From contig JAHPZE010000031.1 of NCBI GenBank assembly GCA_019058365.1, forward strand, positions 1 through 48,801: 48,801 nucleotides of DNA, written 5' to 3'. The notes beneath the pieces are model-generated. The model was not told the DNA's origin, did no database searches, and worked only from the letters and a program-made list of their open reading frames with translations. Of the stretch, positions 9,671 to 20,181 are shown piece after piece. Numbering within the stretch: position 1 is the first letter of the stretch; every line of letters begins with the position of its first letter. The stretch comes from Promethearchaeota archaeon (GTDB lineage: Archaea > Asgardarchaeota > Lokiarchaeia > Sigyniarchaeales > SOKP01). The translations under genes were made by a program, and so were the position numbers.

Positions 9671-10579
9671 TTAATTAATTGTTTCAAAAGAGATCTTTAC
9701 ATGATCTTTAATCCCAAACCTATTTGCCCATTTTCTTATGTATTTGATTCGACTTTCTTTTATAAGATCTAAAATAATCAACATGGGAATCGATGCAAGA
9801 GCGATAAGAAACACTAATGGAATAAGTATAAGTATATTGATAATTGCAACAATTGTATTAAAAGCTCCAGAGAGATTTGAAATTAGGGCAATAAGAAAGG
9901 GGAAAAATATTAGAAGATAGGAAATAATAACTGAAATACCTGCATAACCTTTTAGCAAATCCATATACCAGTCTCCTACAGCTCTCCCCATAATAGGTTG
10001 TTCTAACTGTTTTTCCATAACTTTTTTTTGGTTTGAATAGACGAGACCACCATCTAATACAAACCAGACGGGTGAAAATATAGCAAAAGAGGCTCCAACC
10101 GATATTGATAACATAACAAGAAAGGTAATGAGGAAATTCATTAATTCTAGCCAATCTTCACTAACACCTGGTAGTGGAAGGGGAATTTCACTTTTAAAAG
10201 GCTCTTTTGATGCAAATATCAATGAAAAATTTATTGCCATTAACGCGGGGAAAATTGCCCTAGAAAAAACTTTAAATTTTTCTGATTTAGGATTATCTTG
10301 AATTCCATAAATCATATTTCTTCCAAAAATTTTTTTTTGAACAAGAAGGTAAAGAGGTGCTAAAAGGTATCCGAATAAGACTCCACCAATTATCCCTCCG
10401 AGAGTCCAAAAACCTACAAATATAAGAAATCCTTCAATAAATCCCCTTCCAGGAATATATAGTGTTAAATCTTGACTTGCTGTGTTAGGGAATAATGCTA
10501 AAATTAAAAACATGATAACTATTACGATAACATAAATCAAGAAATTCCTCAAAGCCTTTTTATATTTTGTTATCGCCAT
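9671..10579 (-). CDS. Multi-pass membrane protein, unknown function
   Basis: About six hydrophobic segments in 302 aa. Confidence 0.75.
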   Translation of the reverse strand: MAITKYKKALRNFLIYVIVIVIMFLILALFPNTASQDLTLYIPGRGFIEGFLIFVGFWTLGGIIGGVLFGYLLAPLYLLVQKKIFGRNMIYGIQDNPKSEKFKVFSRAIFPALMAINFSLIFASKEPFKSEIPLPLPGVSEDWLELMNFLITFLVMLSISVGASFAIFSPVWFVLDGGLVYSNQKKVMEKQLEQPIMGRAVGDWYMDLLKGYAGISVIISYLLIFFPFLIALISNLSGAFNTIVAIINILILIPLVFLIALASIPMLIILDLIKESRIKYIRKWANRFGIKDHVKISFETIN

Positions 10580-10816
10580 TATAATTCAGATTTTTTACAA
10601 TTTTATAAAAAGAAAAGTAGAAAGTGAAATATATAAATTTTTCGAAATTGAAGCATTTTATTCTAAAAATTCAGTGACTAATTTACCCTTAGAATTATTA
10701 TACAAGATAAGAGAGGATTTACTAAGAATATCAGAAACAAAATATGTTTATTTTGATATTACTCCAAAACCTCCGACAATTATAGAATATATATGAATAA
10801 ATTTAATATAGCTAAT

Positions 10817-12436
10817 TTATATTCCTCCTCTTTGTTCTTTAAATAATGTAAACACTTTAAATAGTCTTTTAAAAACATTAGTTTTAATATCTCGAGAATT
10901 TGCATAATTTATACCAATAATATCGAATCTTTTTAGAAATTTGTTTAAGCGTTCTTGAAACGAGTTGAAATTTTTTTTGATTTTTGGTGTCCATCCAATC
11001 TCTGCAAAAGCGATCAAGCGTGGAAAAGTCTGCCATTCCAAACGTTTAATATTTGGTATATATTCAGACCATAAAGGTGCCTCTAAACCTAAAATTTGTT
11101 TATGATACATTTTCTCTAAATCTTTTGGAATTGGTTCAAATTTATATGCTAGTTTAAGTGGAGTAAATGTATAAGAATGGTCAAGATAAGTATATTTAAA
11201 ATTTGACATTATCAGTTCTCCACTTTTCTTCAAATACTCAAGAATATCCTTCTTCCCTCTAAGCCAATATTGGCAAATAGGTTTTTCCTCCAAATTCTTC
11301 TTTAAAGCATCATTCCATAATATAATTTTTTGCTCATGTTTACTTAAAAATCCTAATACCCTATTAGTAAAATATGTTTGAAGTTCTTTTTCACTTTCTA
11401 AACCTTCCTTTTTTATTCTTAATTGGCAATCTGGACATTCTCTCCATCTAACTTTAAGAACTTCATCACCTCCTATATGTACAATATTAGAGGGAAATAG
11501 ATCTATAATTTCTTTTAAAAGATTTTGAATAAATTCAAAAACCTCCTCCTTTCCTACACATAATACGTCCTTATGAATTCCCCAATGTGTAGAGACTCTA
11601 AAGGGGTATCCTTTACAACTTAAATTGGGAAAAGATGCTAAAACTGCCCTGGTGTGCCCAGGTAAGTCAATTTCGGGAATTATTTGAATAAATCGATCTT
11701 TGGCATAATTTATAATTTCTTTTATATCCTCTTGAGTATAATATCCTGAGTGAGGAATTCCATCCCGTTTTTTACTAAAAAAGCCACCAACTTGTGTTTC
11801 TTCCCTCTTAGAGCCGATTTCAATGAGTTTAGGATATTTCATTATTTCAATTCTCCACCCCTGATCATCTGTTAAGTGCCAATGAAATTTATTTAGTTTT
11901 AATAAAGCCATTAAATCAAGCATTTTTTTCACAATTTCTTTACCATGAAAGTGTCGAGCTTCATCAAGCATATATCCACGCCAAGAAAATCGTGGAAAAT
12001 CTTGCGATTTCAAACATGGAATCCGCCATTCTATACCTTCAACTCTAACATCATTCTCTATTTCGGGAGGAAGAAGCTGTCGTAGAGTTTGAATGCCATA
12101 AAAAATACCAGCTGGGTAAGGTGCGGTAATATTAATATCTTTAGAACTTACTTCTATACTATAACCTTCGAATCCTAATTTGTCTTTACGATCATTCAAT
12201 TTTAGATTTACTGTTGTACCATTAGTATTTTTTTCTTTTATGCTTTTTACAGCTAAATTAAAACCTGTAGCAGAGATAAGATGATTCTTTAAATAATTGC
12301 TCAGTTTGAATATTTCTTGATCCGAAAATATTATTGTTTCTTCCGTTAATATGAACTCTCCTGAAGAAAGATTTAACAATACAGGTTCAGGGATAATGTT
12401 AATATTTTGAATAATACTCACTCTCTTGATGAACAT
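10817..12436 (-). CDS. Beta-N-acetylhexosaminidase (GH20)
   Basis: DFPRFSWRGYMLDEARHF, HWHLTDDQGWR, PEIDLPGH, catalytic HIGGDE, WSE; no signal peptide. Confidence 0.95.
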   Translation of the reverse strand: MFIKRVSIIQNINIIPEPVLLNLSSGEFILTEETIIFSDQEIFKLSNYLKNHLISATGFNLAVKSIKEKNTNGTTVNLKLNDRKDKLGFEGYSIEVSSKDINITAPYPAGIFYGIQTLRQLLPPEIENDVRVEGIEWRIPCLKSQDFPRFSWRGYMLDEARHFHGKEIVKKMLDLMALLKLNKFHWHLTDDQGWRIEIMKYPKLIEIGSKREETQVGGFFSKKRDGIPHSGYYTQEDIKEIINYAKDRFIQIIPEIDLPGHTRAVLASFPNLSCKGYPFRVSTHWGIHKDVLCVGKEEVFEFIQNLLKEIIDLFPSNIVHIGGDEVLKVRWRECPDCQLRIKKEGLESEKELQTYFTNRVLGFLSKHEQKIILWNDALKKNLEEKPICQYWLRGKKDILEYLKKSGELIMSNFKYTYLDHSYTFTPLKLAYKFEPIPKDLEKMYHKQILGLEAPLWSEYIPNIKRLEWQTFPRLIAFAEIGWTPKIKKNFNSFQERLNKFLKRFDIIGINYANSRDIKTNVFKRLFKVFTLFKEQRGGI

Positions 12437-12524
12437 TAAATGCTTTAAAATTAAGAAATAAAAATGTTTATTAAAATTAATTAGAATAAGAAACTCAGAA
12501 TAAAAGTACTTTTATGTGAATATA

Positions 12525-14450
12525 ATGAAACTAAAAATACAAAATGAAAAATTTATTGACGATAAAGGCCGAACAGTATTATTGAGGGGTGTGAATCTGG
12601 GTGGAAGCTCAAAAGTCCCTTTTACTCCTAATGGAGCAACCTATATAAAAACGGATTTTAGTGATCATAAGAATGTTTCCTTTGTTGGTCGACCATTTCC
12701 GATAAAAGAAGCAGATGAACATTTTTCACGATTAAAGCACTGGGGTTTTAATTGTCTCAGGTTCTTAGTAACTTGGGAAGCAATTGAGCACAGCGGACCA
12801 AAAGAATATGATAAAGAATATTTAGATTATCTCGAGGAGATCTTAAAGATTGCTGAAAGTTATAAATTTTATACGTTCATAAATCCTCATCAAGATGTCT
12901 GGAGTAGAATGACTGGCGGGGATGGTGCACCTGGTTGGACTTTTGAAAAAGTTGGTTTAGACTTTACGAAATTTGATGAAGCAGAAGCAGCTTTAGTAAT
13001 GCAATATAGATATAATCCTAAAGTTCCAAAATCATATCCTCATCTACATTGGATATCAAACTCTTTAAGGTTTACTAATGGAACAATGTGGACTTTATTT
13101 TTTGGGGGAAGAGATTTCGCTCCCTCTTGCAAAATTGATGGAATTAATGCTCAAGAATATCTACAGAATCATTTTCTTGATGCAACAAAACAAGTGGCAT
13201 TAAGATTAACAGGAAATCCCTATATTATTGGATTCAATTCTATAAATGAACCTTACGAAGGGTGGATAGGAGAATTAGTCGATGGAAGTGATATCGAAGG
13301 TTTTTCAGAAGCTTTGGGATATGCTTTTACACCAATAGATGCGATGCTTACAGGATCTGGATATCCTAGAACAGTTCCATATAGAGAAATAAAAAGATTC
13401 GGTATAAAAAAAACAGGAGAAGATACAATGAATAAAAAGGGAATTTCATGTTGGTTAGAAGGACATGAAGATATTTGGAAAAAAGAAGGAGTGTGGGGTA
13501 TAAACAATGAAGGTGAACCAATTATTCTGAAAAATGACTATTTTAAGAATAAGGATGGAAAGAGTGTGAACTTTTTTCATGAATATTTAGCACCATTTTT
13601 CACTAATTATACAAAAATAATTAGAGATGTAATTCCCGATAGTATTCTCTTTTTTGAAGGTCCTGCGGAAAAATTGAAGACATCTGAGAAAATAGAATTT
13701 ACAGTACCAACGAATGTTGTGAATGCAGGACATTGGTATGATGATGCTACTTTAGGTACAAGAAGACCTATGATAAAAATTAACTTTAACACTTATACTA
13801 ATAAACCTGTTATAGGAAAAAAGAATGTTAAAAAAATGTTCATAAACCAATTAAGAATTATTAAGAATATCTCGAGTAAGATTCATGGGGGTATTCCCAC
13901 CTTAATTGGAGAATTTGGATTGATTTTTAATCTTAATGATGGAGAAGCGTATCAAAAATTCGAGACTGAACCGGAAATTGCTTGGAAAAGTCATATAAAA
14001 TTGCTTACTATGTACTATGATGCCCTAGATGCCAACCTACTCCATTCAACTCAATGGAATTATACTGCTGATAACACTAACCAATGGGGTGATCAATGGA
14101 ATCTTGAAGATCTTTCGATTTATAGTAAAGACCAACAATTAAATCCTTACGATATTAATAGTGGCGGAAGAGCAATTGAAGGATTTTGTCGTCCACATTT
14201 TATTCATTGCTCTGGTATACCATTAAAAATGGAGTTTATTTATAAAGAAAAAACTTTTTATTTCGAATTTGATGCTGATTCTTCAATAAGAGCGCCCACA
14301 ATTATTTATGTACCAAATATTCAATATCCAAAGGGGTATGAGATCAAAATTTCTGAGGGAGACATTGCCAAAAAAGATTCTGAACAACTTGTCTTTATAA
14401 GAACTAATAAAGATGGTGTTCATATTATTAAGATTACTAAAACTCTCTAA
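12525..14450 (+). CDS. GH5 endoglycoceramidase-related glycosidase (EGCrP / steryl- or ceramide-beta-glucosidase-like), copy A
   Basis: GVNLGGSSKVP, SFVGRPF, TWEAIEH, HQDVWSR, acid/base NEP, nucleophile IGEFG, WNY, C-terminal beta domain. Confidence 0.88.
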   Translation: MKLKIQNEKFIDDKGRTVLLRGVNLGGSSKVPFTPNGATYIKTDFSDHKNVSFVGRPFPIKEADEHFSRLKHWGFNCLRFLVTWEAIEHSGPKEYDKEYLDYLEEILKIAESYKFYTFINPHQDVWSRMTGGDGAPGWTFEKVGLDFTKFDEAEAALVMQYRYNPKVPKSYPHLHWISNSLRFTNGTMWTLFFGGRDFAPSCKIDGINAQEYLQNHFLDATKQVALRLTGNPYIIGFNSINEPYEGWIGELVDGSDIEGFSEALGYAFTPIDAMLTGSGYPRTVPYREIKRFGIKKTGEDTMNKKGISCWLEGHEDIWKKEGVWGINNEGEPIILKNDYFKNKDGKSVNFFHEYLAPFFTNYTKIIRDVIPDSILFFEGPAEKLKTSEKIEFTVPTNVVNAGHWYDDATLGTRRPMIKINFNTYTNKPVIGKKNVKKMFINQLRIIKNISSKIHGGIPTLIGEFGLIFNLNDGEAYQKFETEPEIAWKSHIKLLTMYYDALDANLLHSTQWNYTADNTNQWGDQWNLEDLSIYSKDQQLNPYDINSGGRAIEGFCRPHFIHCSGIPLKMEFIYKEKTFYFEFDADSSIRAPTIIYVPNIQYPKGYEIKISEGDIAKKDSEQLVFIRTNKDGVHIIKITKTL

Positions 14451-14584
14451 AATCCTTTTTTTAATTTGAATTGTATATAAATTTAAATAAAAAGCATAAA
14501 TAATTCAAGATATCATATAATTATATTATAAAATTTGAAAAAAACTCATTAATTTTGGAACAAAATCTTTAAAGAAGGAATCAA

Positions 14585-15622
14585 ATGATTGGAAAGGTCG
14601 TTACTTTTGGAGAAATAATGTTAAGACTTTCACCACCTAATTTTAAACGTTTTATCCAAACTCGTTCTTTTGACTTAATATATGGTGGTGGAGAAGCTAA
14701 TGTTGCTGTTTCATTAGCTAATTATGGAATTCCTGTAGATTATATAACGAAATTACCAAATAATGAAATCGGTGAAGCTTGTATTCAATTTCTAAGACAG
14801 TTCGGTGTAAATACAAATAATATTGTCAGAGGAGGAGATAGAATAGGAATATACTTTCTCGAGATGGGATCCTCTATTCGACCAAGTAAGGTTATTTATG
14901 ATAGAGCACATTCAGCTATATCTGAAGCTAATCCTATCGATTTTGATTGGAATAAAGTTTTTGATGGTGCATCCTGGTTTCATTGGACAGGGATTACACC
15001 CGCAATTTCACAGAATTTAGCAAATATTTGTCTTGAAGCTGTGAGAATCGCAAAAAAAAAAACCATTACAATATCTTGCGATTTAAATTATCGTAGCCAA
15101 TTATGGAAATATGGAAAAAAACCAAATGAAGTTATACCTGACTTACTAAAATACTCCGATATTGCAATTGGGAATGAAGAAGATGCTGAAAAAGTTCTGG
15201 ATATTAAAGCTCCCAATACAGATATAACTTCAGGAAAACTTGAAGCTGAGAATTATAGATATGTAGTAGAAGAAATAGTTAGACAATACCCTAACCTAAA
15301 AAAGGTAGCAATTACTCTAAGAGGATCACTTTCTGCGAGCCATAATACATGGTCAGCAATTCTTTATGATGGAACTAATTTATATATTGGTCCTCAATAT
15401 GAAATAACCCCTATCGTAGATAGAGTAGGTAGCGGGGATTCTTTTATGGGAGGATTAATCTATGGACTACTCACATATAAAGATAATCTCCAAATTGCAC
15501 TCAATTTTGCTGTAGCTGCCTCCTGTTTAAAGCACACAATATTGGGAGATTTTAATTTAGTTTCTATTGATGAGGTTGTAAAATTAATGGGCGGTGATGC
15601 ATCTGGCCGCGTTTCAAGATAA
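14585..15622 (+). CDS. kdgK: 2-keto-3-deoxygluconate kinase (PfkB family)
   Basis: FGEIMLRLSP, GGGEANVA, DLNYR, GNEED, DRVGSGDSF, GRVSR. Confidence 0.9.
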   Translation: MIGKVVTFGEIMLRLSPPNFKRFIQTRSFDLIYGGGEANVAVSLANYGIPVDYITKLPNNEIGEACIQFLRQFGVNTNNIVRGGDRIGIYFLEMGSSIRPSKVIYDRAHSAISEANPIDFDWNKVFDGASWFHWTGITPAISQNLANICLEAVRIAKKKTITISCDLNYRSQLWKYGKKPNEVIPDLLKYSDIAIGNEEDAEKVLDIKAPNTDITSGKLEAENYRYVVEEIVRQYPNLKKVAITLRGSLSASHNTWSAILYDGTNLYIGPQYEITPIVDRVGSGDSFMGGLIYGLLTYKDNLQIALNFAVAASCLKHTILGDFNLVSIDEVVKLMGGDASGRVSR

Positions 15623-15647
15623 TTAATTTAAGAGGTTGATAATAATA

Positions 15648-16454
15648 ATGGAAAAAAATACAAAAATTATAATAACTGCTACAACGGCTAATTCTTGGAT
15701 TTATCCTGAAGTTAAAAATTGGGCTCAAACAACTGAAGCATTAATTGAAGATATTGTACAATGTTATGAAGCTGGTGCTGCGGTTGCTCATGTTCATCTG
15801 CCTCGGGGAGAAGAAGTTGAAATTGTTAAACGAATAAGAGAAAGGTGTGATGTTATTATACAAGCAGGGATGTCAAGTGAATCAATCCCTAAAAGAAAAG
15901 GTGATTTTGATGCCAAACCAGATATGATGTCAGTTATATTAAATCACCATTCAGAACATTTTGCTGAAATTACTGTTGATGTATTGCATCCACTTACAGA
16001 ACTTGAAGAATATTGTATAAAATGTAAAGAAGCGAATATCAGACCAGAATGGGAAGTTTGGCAACATGGTTCATATTGGAACTTAAATTATTTAATAGAA
16101 AAAGGATTGTTGGACTGGGCTAAACCACATATCTTGACTTTATTTTTTGATTGGCCCGGTGGAACATGGAGTCCTGCTAATTATGAAGAATACATGCATA
16201 GGAGAAGATACTTACCTCCTAATAGCGTTCATACAGTTAGTGTAATGGGTGAGGAACAAATGAGTCTCTTGGTTTTTGTCCTTACACACGGTGGAAACAT
16301 TCGAGTGGGAACTGAAGATTGTCCATTTATTAAAAAAGGAGTAGTAGCAAAAAATAACGCTGAAATTGTTAAAAATTATGTGAGTATCTGTAAGCATGTA
16401 AATCGAGAAGTAGCTGATCCATCTGAAGCAAGAAAAATGTTAGGAATAGAATAA
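15648..16454 (+). CDS. Beta-keto acid cleavage enzyme (BKACE/DUF849 family)
   Basis: EAGAAVAHVH Zn motif, PEWEV, GGNIRVGTED, NAEIV, EARKMLG. Confidence 0.88.
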   Translation: MEKNTKIIITATTANSWIYPEVKNWAQTTEALIEDIVQCYEAGAAVAHVHLPRGEEVEIVKRIRERCDVIIQAGMSSESIPKRKGDFDAKPDMMSVILNHHSEHFAEITVDVLHPLTELEEYCIKCKEANIRPEWEVWQHGSYWNLNYLIEKGLLDWAKPHILTLFFDWPGGTWSPANYEEYMHRRRYLPPNSVHTVSVMGEEQMSLLVFVLTHGGNIRVGTEDCPFIKKGVVAKNNAEIVKNYVSICKHVNREVADPSEARKMLGIE

Positions 16455-16624
16455 AAAAGTTGTAATTCTCCCTCTATTTTAAAAATTTAGATTTAAATTA
16501 TGATACGTGAACTAATATCGATTTCTAGAAAAGTTCAATAGCTTTATATATATTTAATACAAATGTTTTATCATCATAATTTCTTCTTATGTTAAACAAA
16601 AGCTAAAAGAAGTATTGAGAAAAA

Positions 16625-17515
16625 TTGAATGGTTCTTTTTATTTAATAGGTGTTTTTCTAGCTATATTATCTGGAAGTATAAATAATGTAGGTTTAGTAT
16701 TACAAAAAAAGGTAGTTAATGAAGTACCCCCTGAAGCAAAATTTTTTAGGAGTTTAGTGAAAAATCCTATTTGGATAACAGGAATATTAATGGAGGTAGC
16801 AATAGGTTCAGTTTTTTTTATGATTGCTCAAATTTACATCGGTCCTGCGTTAATACCTGGTTTGATGGCATTCGGTTTAATTTTTCTCGCTATTGGATCT
16901 GTTAAAATTGTAGGTGAAACATTAAAAAAAGAAGAAATTATTGGAATAATTTTAATGATCACAGCAATCTTTTCATTAGGTCTTTCTGAATTGAGTGTAG
17001 ATATCACTGGTATAAATATATTAGCGCTTAATCTTGTGCTTAACATGACTATTTTTACGATTGTTTTATTTTTAGGTACATTCATATGTGAGATTTTGCA
17101 AAGAAAAATTGAAAAATTAAAAGGAATTTTATTAGCAATATCATCAGGATTCCAATTTTCTCTAACTAATTTTTGGATTGCACCATTAATGGCAGTTATC
17201 GCCCATGTTTTTGGAGGAAATGCTACTTTAGGCGAATTATTCTTATTTATAGCATGTGCAATAATTTTAATAGCAGCAAGTATCATAGGGACTATGAAAA
17301 TCCAGCAATCATTCCAAGTAGCTAATGCTAGTCGAATGATTCCCATTCAACAAGTACCTATACAAATAACACCAATAATAGTATACTTTTTTGTTTTCAC
17401 ATTGATGCCTCCAACAATCCTACCGATAATATATGTAATTATTGGTGTTTCTTTAATCCTATTAAGTTCGTTTCTGTTGGCAAAAAGACAAGCCCAATTA
17501 GAAGTTATAAAGTAA
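16625..17515 (+). CDS. DMT-superfamily transporter, NIPA-like, copy A
   Basis: About nine TM helices; LAILSG...LQKK, W..G, GPALI.GL, GETL pattern. Confidence 0.75.
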   Translation: MNGSFYLIGVFLAILSGSINNVGLVLQKKVVNEVPPEAKFFRSLVKNPIWITGILMEVAIGSVFFMIAQIYIGPALIPGLMAFGLIFLAIGSVKIVGETLKKEEIIGIILMITAIFSLGLSELSVDITGINILALNLVLNMTIFTIVLFLGTFICEILQRKIEKLKGILLAISSGFQFSLTNFWIAPLMAVIAHVFGGNATLGELFLFIACAIILIAASIIGTMKIQQSFQVANASRMIPIQQVPIQITPIIVYFFVFTLMPPTILPIIYVIIGVSLILLSSFLLAKRQAQLEVIK

Positions 17516-17525
17516 GGTTGGAAAA

Positions 17526-18344
17526 ATGATAAAAATCTTATTTTTTCAACCACATCCGGACGATTTAGAGTTAAATTGTGGTCATCTCATTCATTATCTT
17601 GCAACAAAAAGTAAAGAGAAGTATCTTATTAAGATTGCCTCTACTACAAAAGGTGAATATGGCCTTCCTGGTGCTCAATATGATAAATTTAAAGGTGATT
17701 TTCTTGCAAAAGTTAGAACTCGAGAATTATACAATGCTTTAAGCATTCATGGAATACCTCCAGAAAATGTTCACTTTTTTGGGTGTGTTGATGGTTTAGT
17801 AGAATTTAATAAAGAATTTGTAAATAAGATTGCAGAGTATTTAAATACTGAAAAGCCTGATATAATTTTCGCACCAGAAGCAATTTACACCTCTTATTAC
17901 CATAAAGATCATGTTAATACGGGTAAAGCTATATATTACTGTATTCATAATAACTTAATTGACTTTACTCCAATACTTTATTTTTACTCGACGCTAAGTC
18001 CTAATTATTTCTTCGGGTTTGCAAAGGAAGAATTTTCTTTAATCGATCAATTACTTGCTTGTCATAAAACTCAATTTTGGTTGATAAATTATGTAACATT
18101 GACATATAAACCAAAAACGATACTAGCAGGAAGGAAGTTAAAAGGTTGGAAATATGCTGAGAAATACAGAAGAATATATTTTCATAAAGAAAATAAAAGT
18201 AAGAATAATCCGTCTTTAATTGTTAAAATGCTAAGCCATTGGTTTTCAAGCATGCCCTTTTTTAAAGCTAAATACCCACAAGATGTATTAGAAGAGCTTA
18301 AAAAAAAAAAGAAAAATCTGAATATTCAAGGAGAATATGAATAA
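17526..18344 (+). CDS. PIG-L/LmbE family N-deacetylase, copy A
   Basis: PHPDDLE, TKGE.G, R.RE, HKDH, HKTQ. Confidence 0.9.
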   Translation: MIKILFFQPHPDDLELNCGHLIHYLATKSKEKYLIKIASTTKGEYGLPGAQYDKFKGDFLAKVRTRELYNALSIHGIPPENVHFFGCVDGLVEFNKEFVNKIAEYLNTEKPDIIFAPEAIYTSYYHKDHVNTGKAIYYCIHNNLIDFTPILYFYSTLSPNYFFGFAKEEFSLIDQLLACHKTQFWLINYVTLTYKPKTILAGRKLKGWKYAEKYRRIYFHKENKSKNNPSLIVKMLSHWFSSMPFFKAKYPQDVLEELKKKKKNLNIQGEYE

Positions 18345-18471
18345 TGCTTTTAGTGTAAAATATGTATAATAAAACTATATAAAGAACAAAAACAAAATAA
18401 TCTCAATATATAATAAAGAATTAATTAAAAAATTTGAAATTATAATTACTAAAAGAATCGAGGTGTATTTT

Positions 18472-18813
18472 TTGGCAACTATTGAAGAAGTTAAAGAAGC
18501 TTTAAATAAATGGGTGAAAGTATTAGACGATCCAGAGCTTGCGGATGAATTTGAAGGATTCAATAAAACCATGCAATTTGAATTTTCAGACTTAAATTAT
18601 AAAGTAAAAATGATTTTTGAAAATAAAAAAGTAAGATTAGAGGAAGGTTTTGACGAAAATGCTGAAATGGGTTTAGAAGTTAATTCTGATCTTTTTGTAG
18701 GTATTGCTACCGGCGAAGTTGATCCAATGGAAGCGTTTATGGAAGGAGAACTTAAAACTAAGGGTGATATGAACTCATTGCAGAGATTAGAAGTCTTCAT
18801 GGACATTGAATAG
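18472..18813 (+). CDS. SCP2 sterol/lipid-binding domain protein
   Basis: DLFVGIATGEVDPMEAFMEGELKTKGD; likely TTG start 6 nt after GAGGTG. Confidence 0.88.
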   Translation: MATIEEVKEALNKWVKVLDDPELADEFEGFNKTMQFEFSDLNYKVKMIFENKKVRLEEGFDENAEMGLEVNSDLFVGIATGEVDPMEAFMEGELKTKGDMNSLQRLEVFMDIE

Positions 18814-18992
18814 CGAAGTTTAGTAAAGATTTTTTTATTTTTTTCAAATACTATTTTTTTTGTTTAGGAAAATGAGAAGATTTAAAGGAGATAATGTTCA
18901 TTAATTTAAAAATTAAAAATTTAGGATTATTGAAAATAAGTATTTTCATAAGAAATATTATAATATAAAAAATTATTCTGGCTTGAGATGAA

Positions 18993-20117
18993 ATGGAACC
19001 AATTGGTTTTAATAAAGAGAGAATATGTAATGTTTTAGAAAAACACGATATAGATGTGCTAATCGCATCTACTCCGGTCAATGTTTTTTATTTATCTGGT
19101 TTACCAACATTACATGTAGCTCCAAATCCTATTTTATATGTATTATATAATCAATACCCAAGTTTATCTTTAGTTCGGAGAGACGGTGAGGAAAGTTTGA
19201 TACTGTGGATTACTTATCGTAGCGTAGATAAATTTTCATGGGTAAGTGATATTCATGGAATAGGATCTCCTAAAGGTGCTATGGTTTCAGTATCTGATAA
19301 GATTGAAGAATGGGGTTTATCAAATAAAAAGATAGGATATGAGTCACTTATGCCTTCTTATCAATCTGAATATTTAAGGGATAAATTTCCAGATGCTACT
19401 TTTATTAATGGGGATCAAGCTTTTTTAGATATGCGTTTAATTAAATCTGAAGAGGAGGTAAAACGAATAAAAAAGTCAACAGAAATTTCTGAAAAAGCTA
19501 TAATGAATATGATTGAAGCATCTTATGAAGGAATTACTGATTTAGAGTTATTACAAATAGCTCGTCGAACAATAGTTAATGCGGGTGCAGAAGGATGGGA
19601 TCATTTAACAATGAATTTGGGACCGTCTGACCCTGAAGCACCAGGAGTCGGAACTACTCTGAAATCAGGAGATCTTAATAGATTTGACATTGGAACTATT
19701 TGGAAAGGATATGTTTCAGATGTGAGTCGAGAGTTAGTGATAGGACAGATACCTCAAGGAGCTGAGGAAATTATGAATAGAGTGATAAAAGTTCAAGAAT
19801 TCTGTGAAGAGAATATTCACCCTAACTTAAATATGAAAGAATTGTATACTAATGCAATTAAATTTCACAAATCTTTAACAACGAAGGCGAGAGTCTTTAT
19901 AACGGGCCATAGTATCGGGTTAGAATGCGAAGAAACTCACTTATTTAGCCCTATAAAGAAATTAGATAAGTCATTTGAAGAAAACATGGTACTTGATATT
20001 GAGATTTGGCAGAATTTTAAAAATCAAGGAATGATGGGAATTGAAGATTGTTATAGGATTACTAATACTGGTTGTGAGAGGCTCTCAAGTTTAGATAAGA
20101 ATATTTTTATTAAATGA
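18993..20117 (+). CDS. M24 (Xaa-Pro peptidase/creatinase-fold) hydrolase, copy A
   Basis: NVFYLSG, MRLIKSEEE, D.G..WKGYVSD..R, GHSIGL, GIED. Confidence 0.88.
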   Translation: MEPIGFNKERICNVLEKHDIDVLIASTPVNVFYLSGLPTLHVAPNPILYVLYNQYPSLSLVRRDGEESLILWITYRSVDKFSWVSDIHGIGSPKGAMVSVSDKIEEWGLSNKKIGYESLMPSYQSEYLRDKFPDATFINGDQAFLDMRLIKSEEEVKRIKKSTEISEKAIMNMIEASYEGITDLELLQIARRTIVNAGAEGWDHLTMNLGPSDPEAPGVGTTLKSGDLNRFDIGTIWKGYVSDVSRELVIGQIPQGAEEIMNRVIKVQEFCEENIHPNLNMKELYTNAIKFHKSLTTKARVFITGHSIGLECEETHLFSPIKKLDKSFEENMVLDIEIWQNFKNQGMMGIEDCYRITNTGCERLSSLDKNIFIK

Positions 20118-20181
20118 AAAAAAACCTAAAAGCAATAAATTGGATTAATTAATTATTGAAAAATTATTGGAGGATAATTAA

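Noticed and set aside
18375-19081. Minus-strand ORFs 18375-18572 and 18851-19081
   Set aside because: They straddle AT-rich spacers and antisense coding sequence, with no SD or family signal
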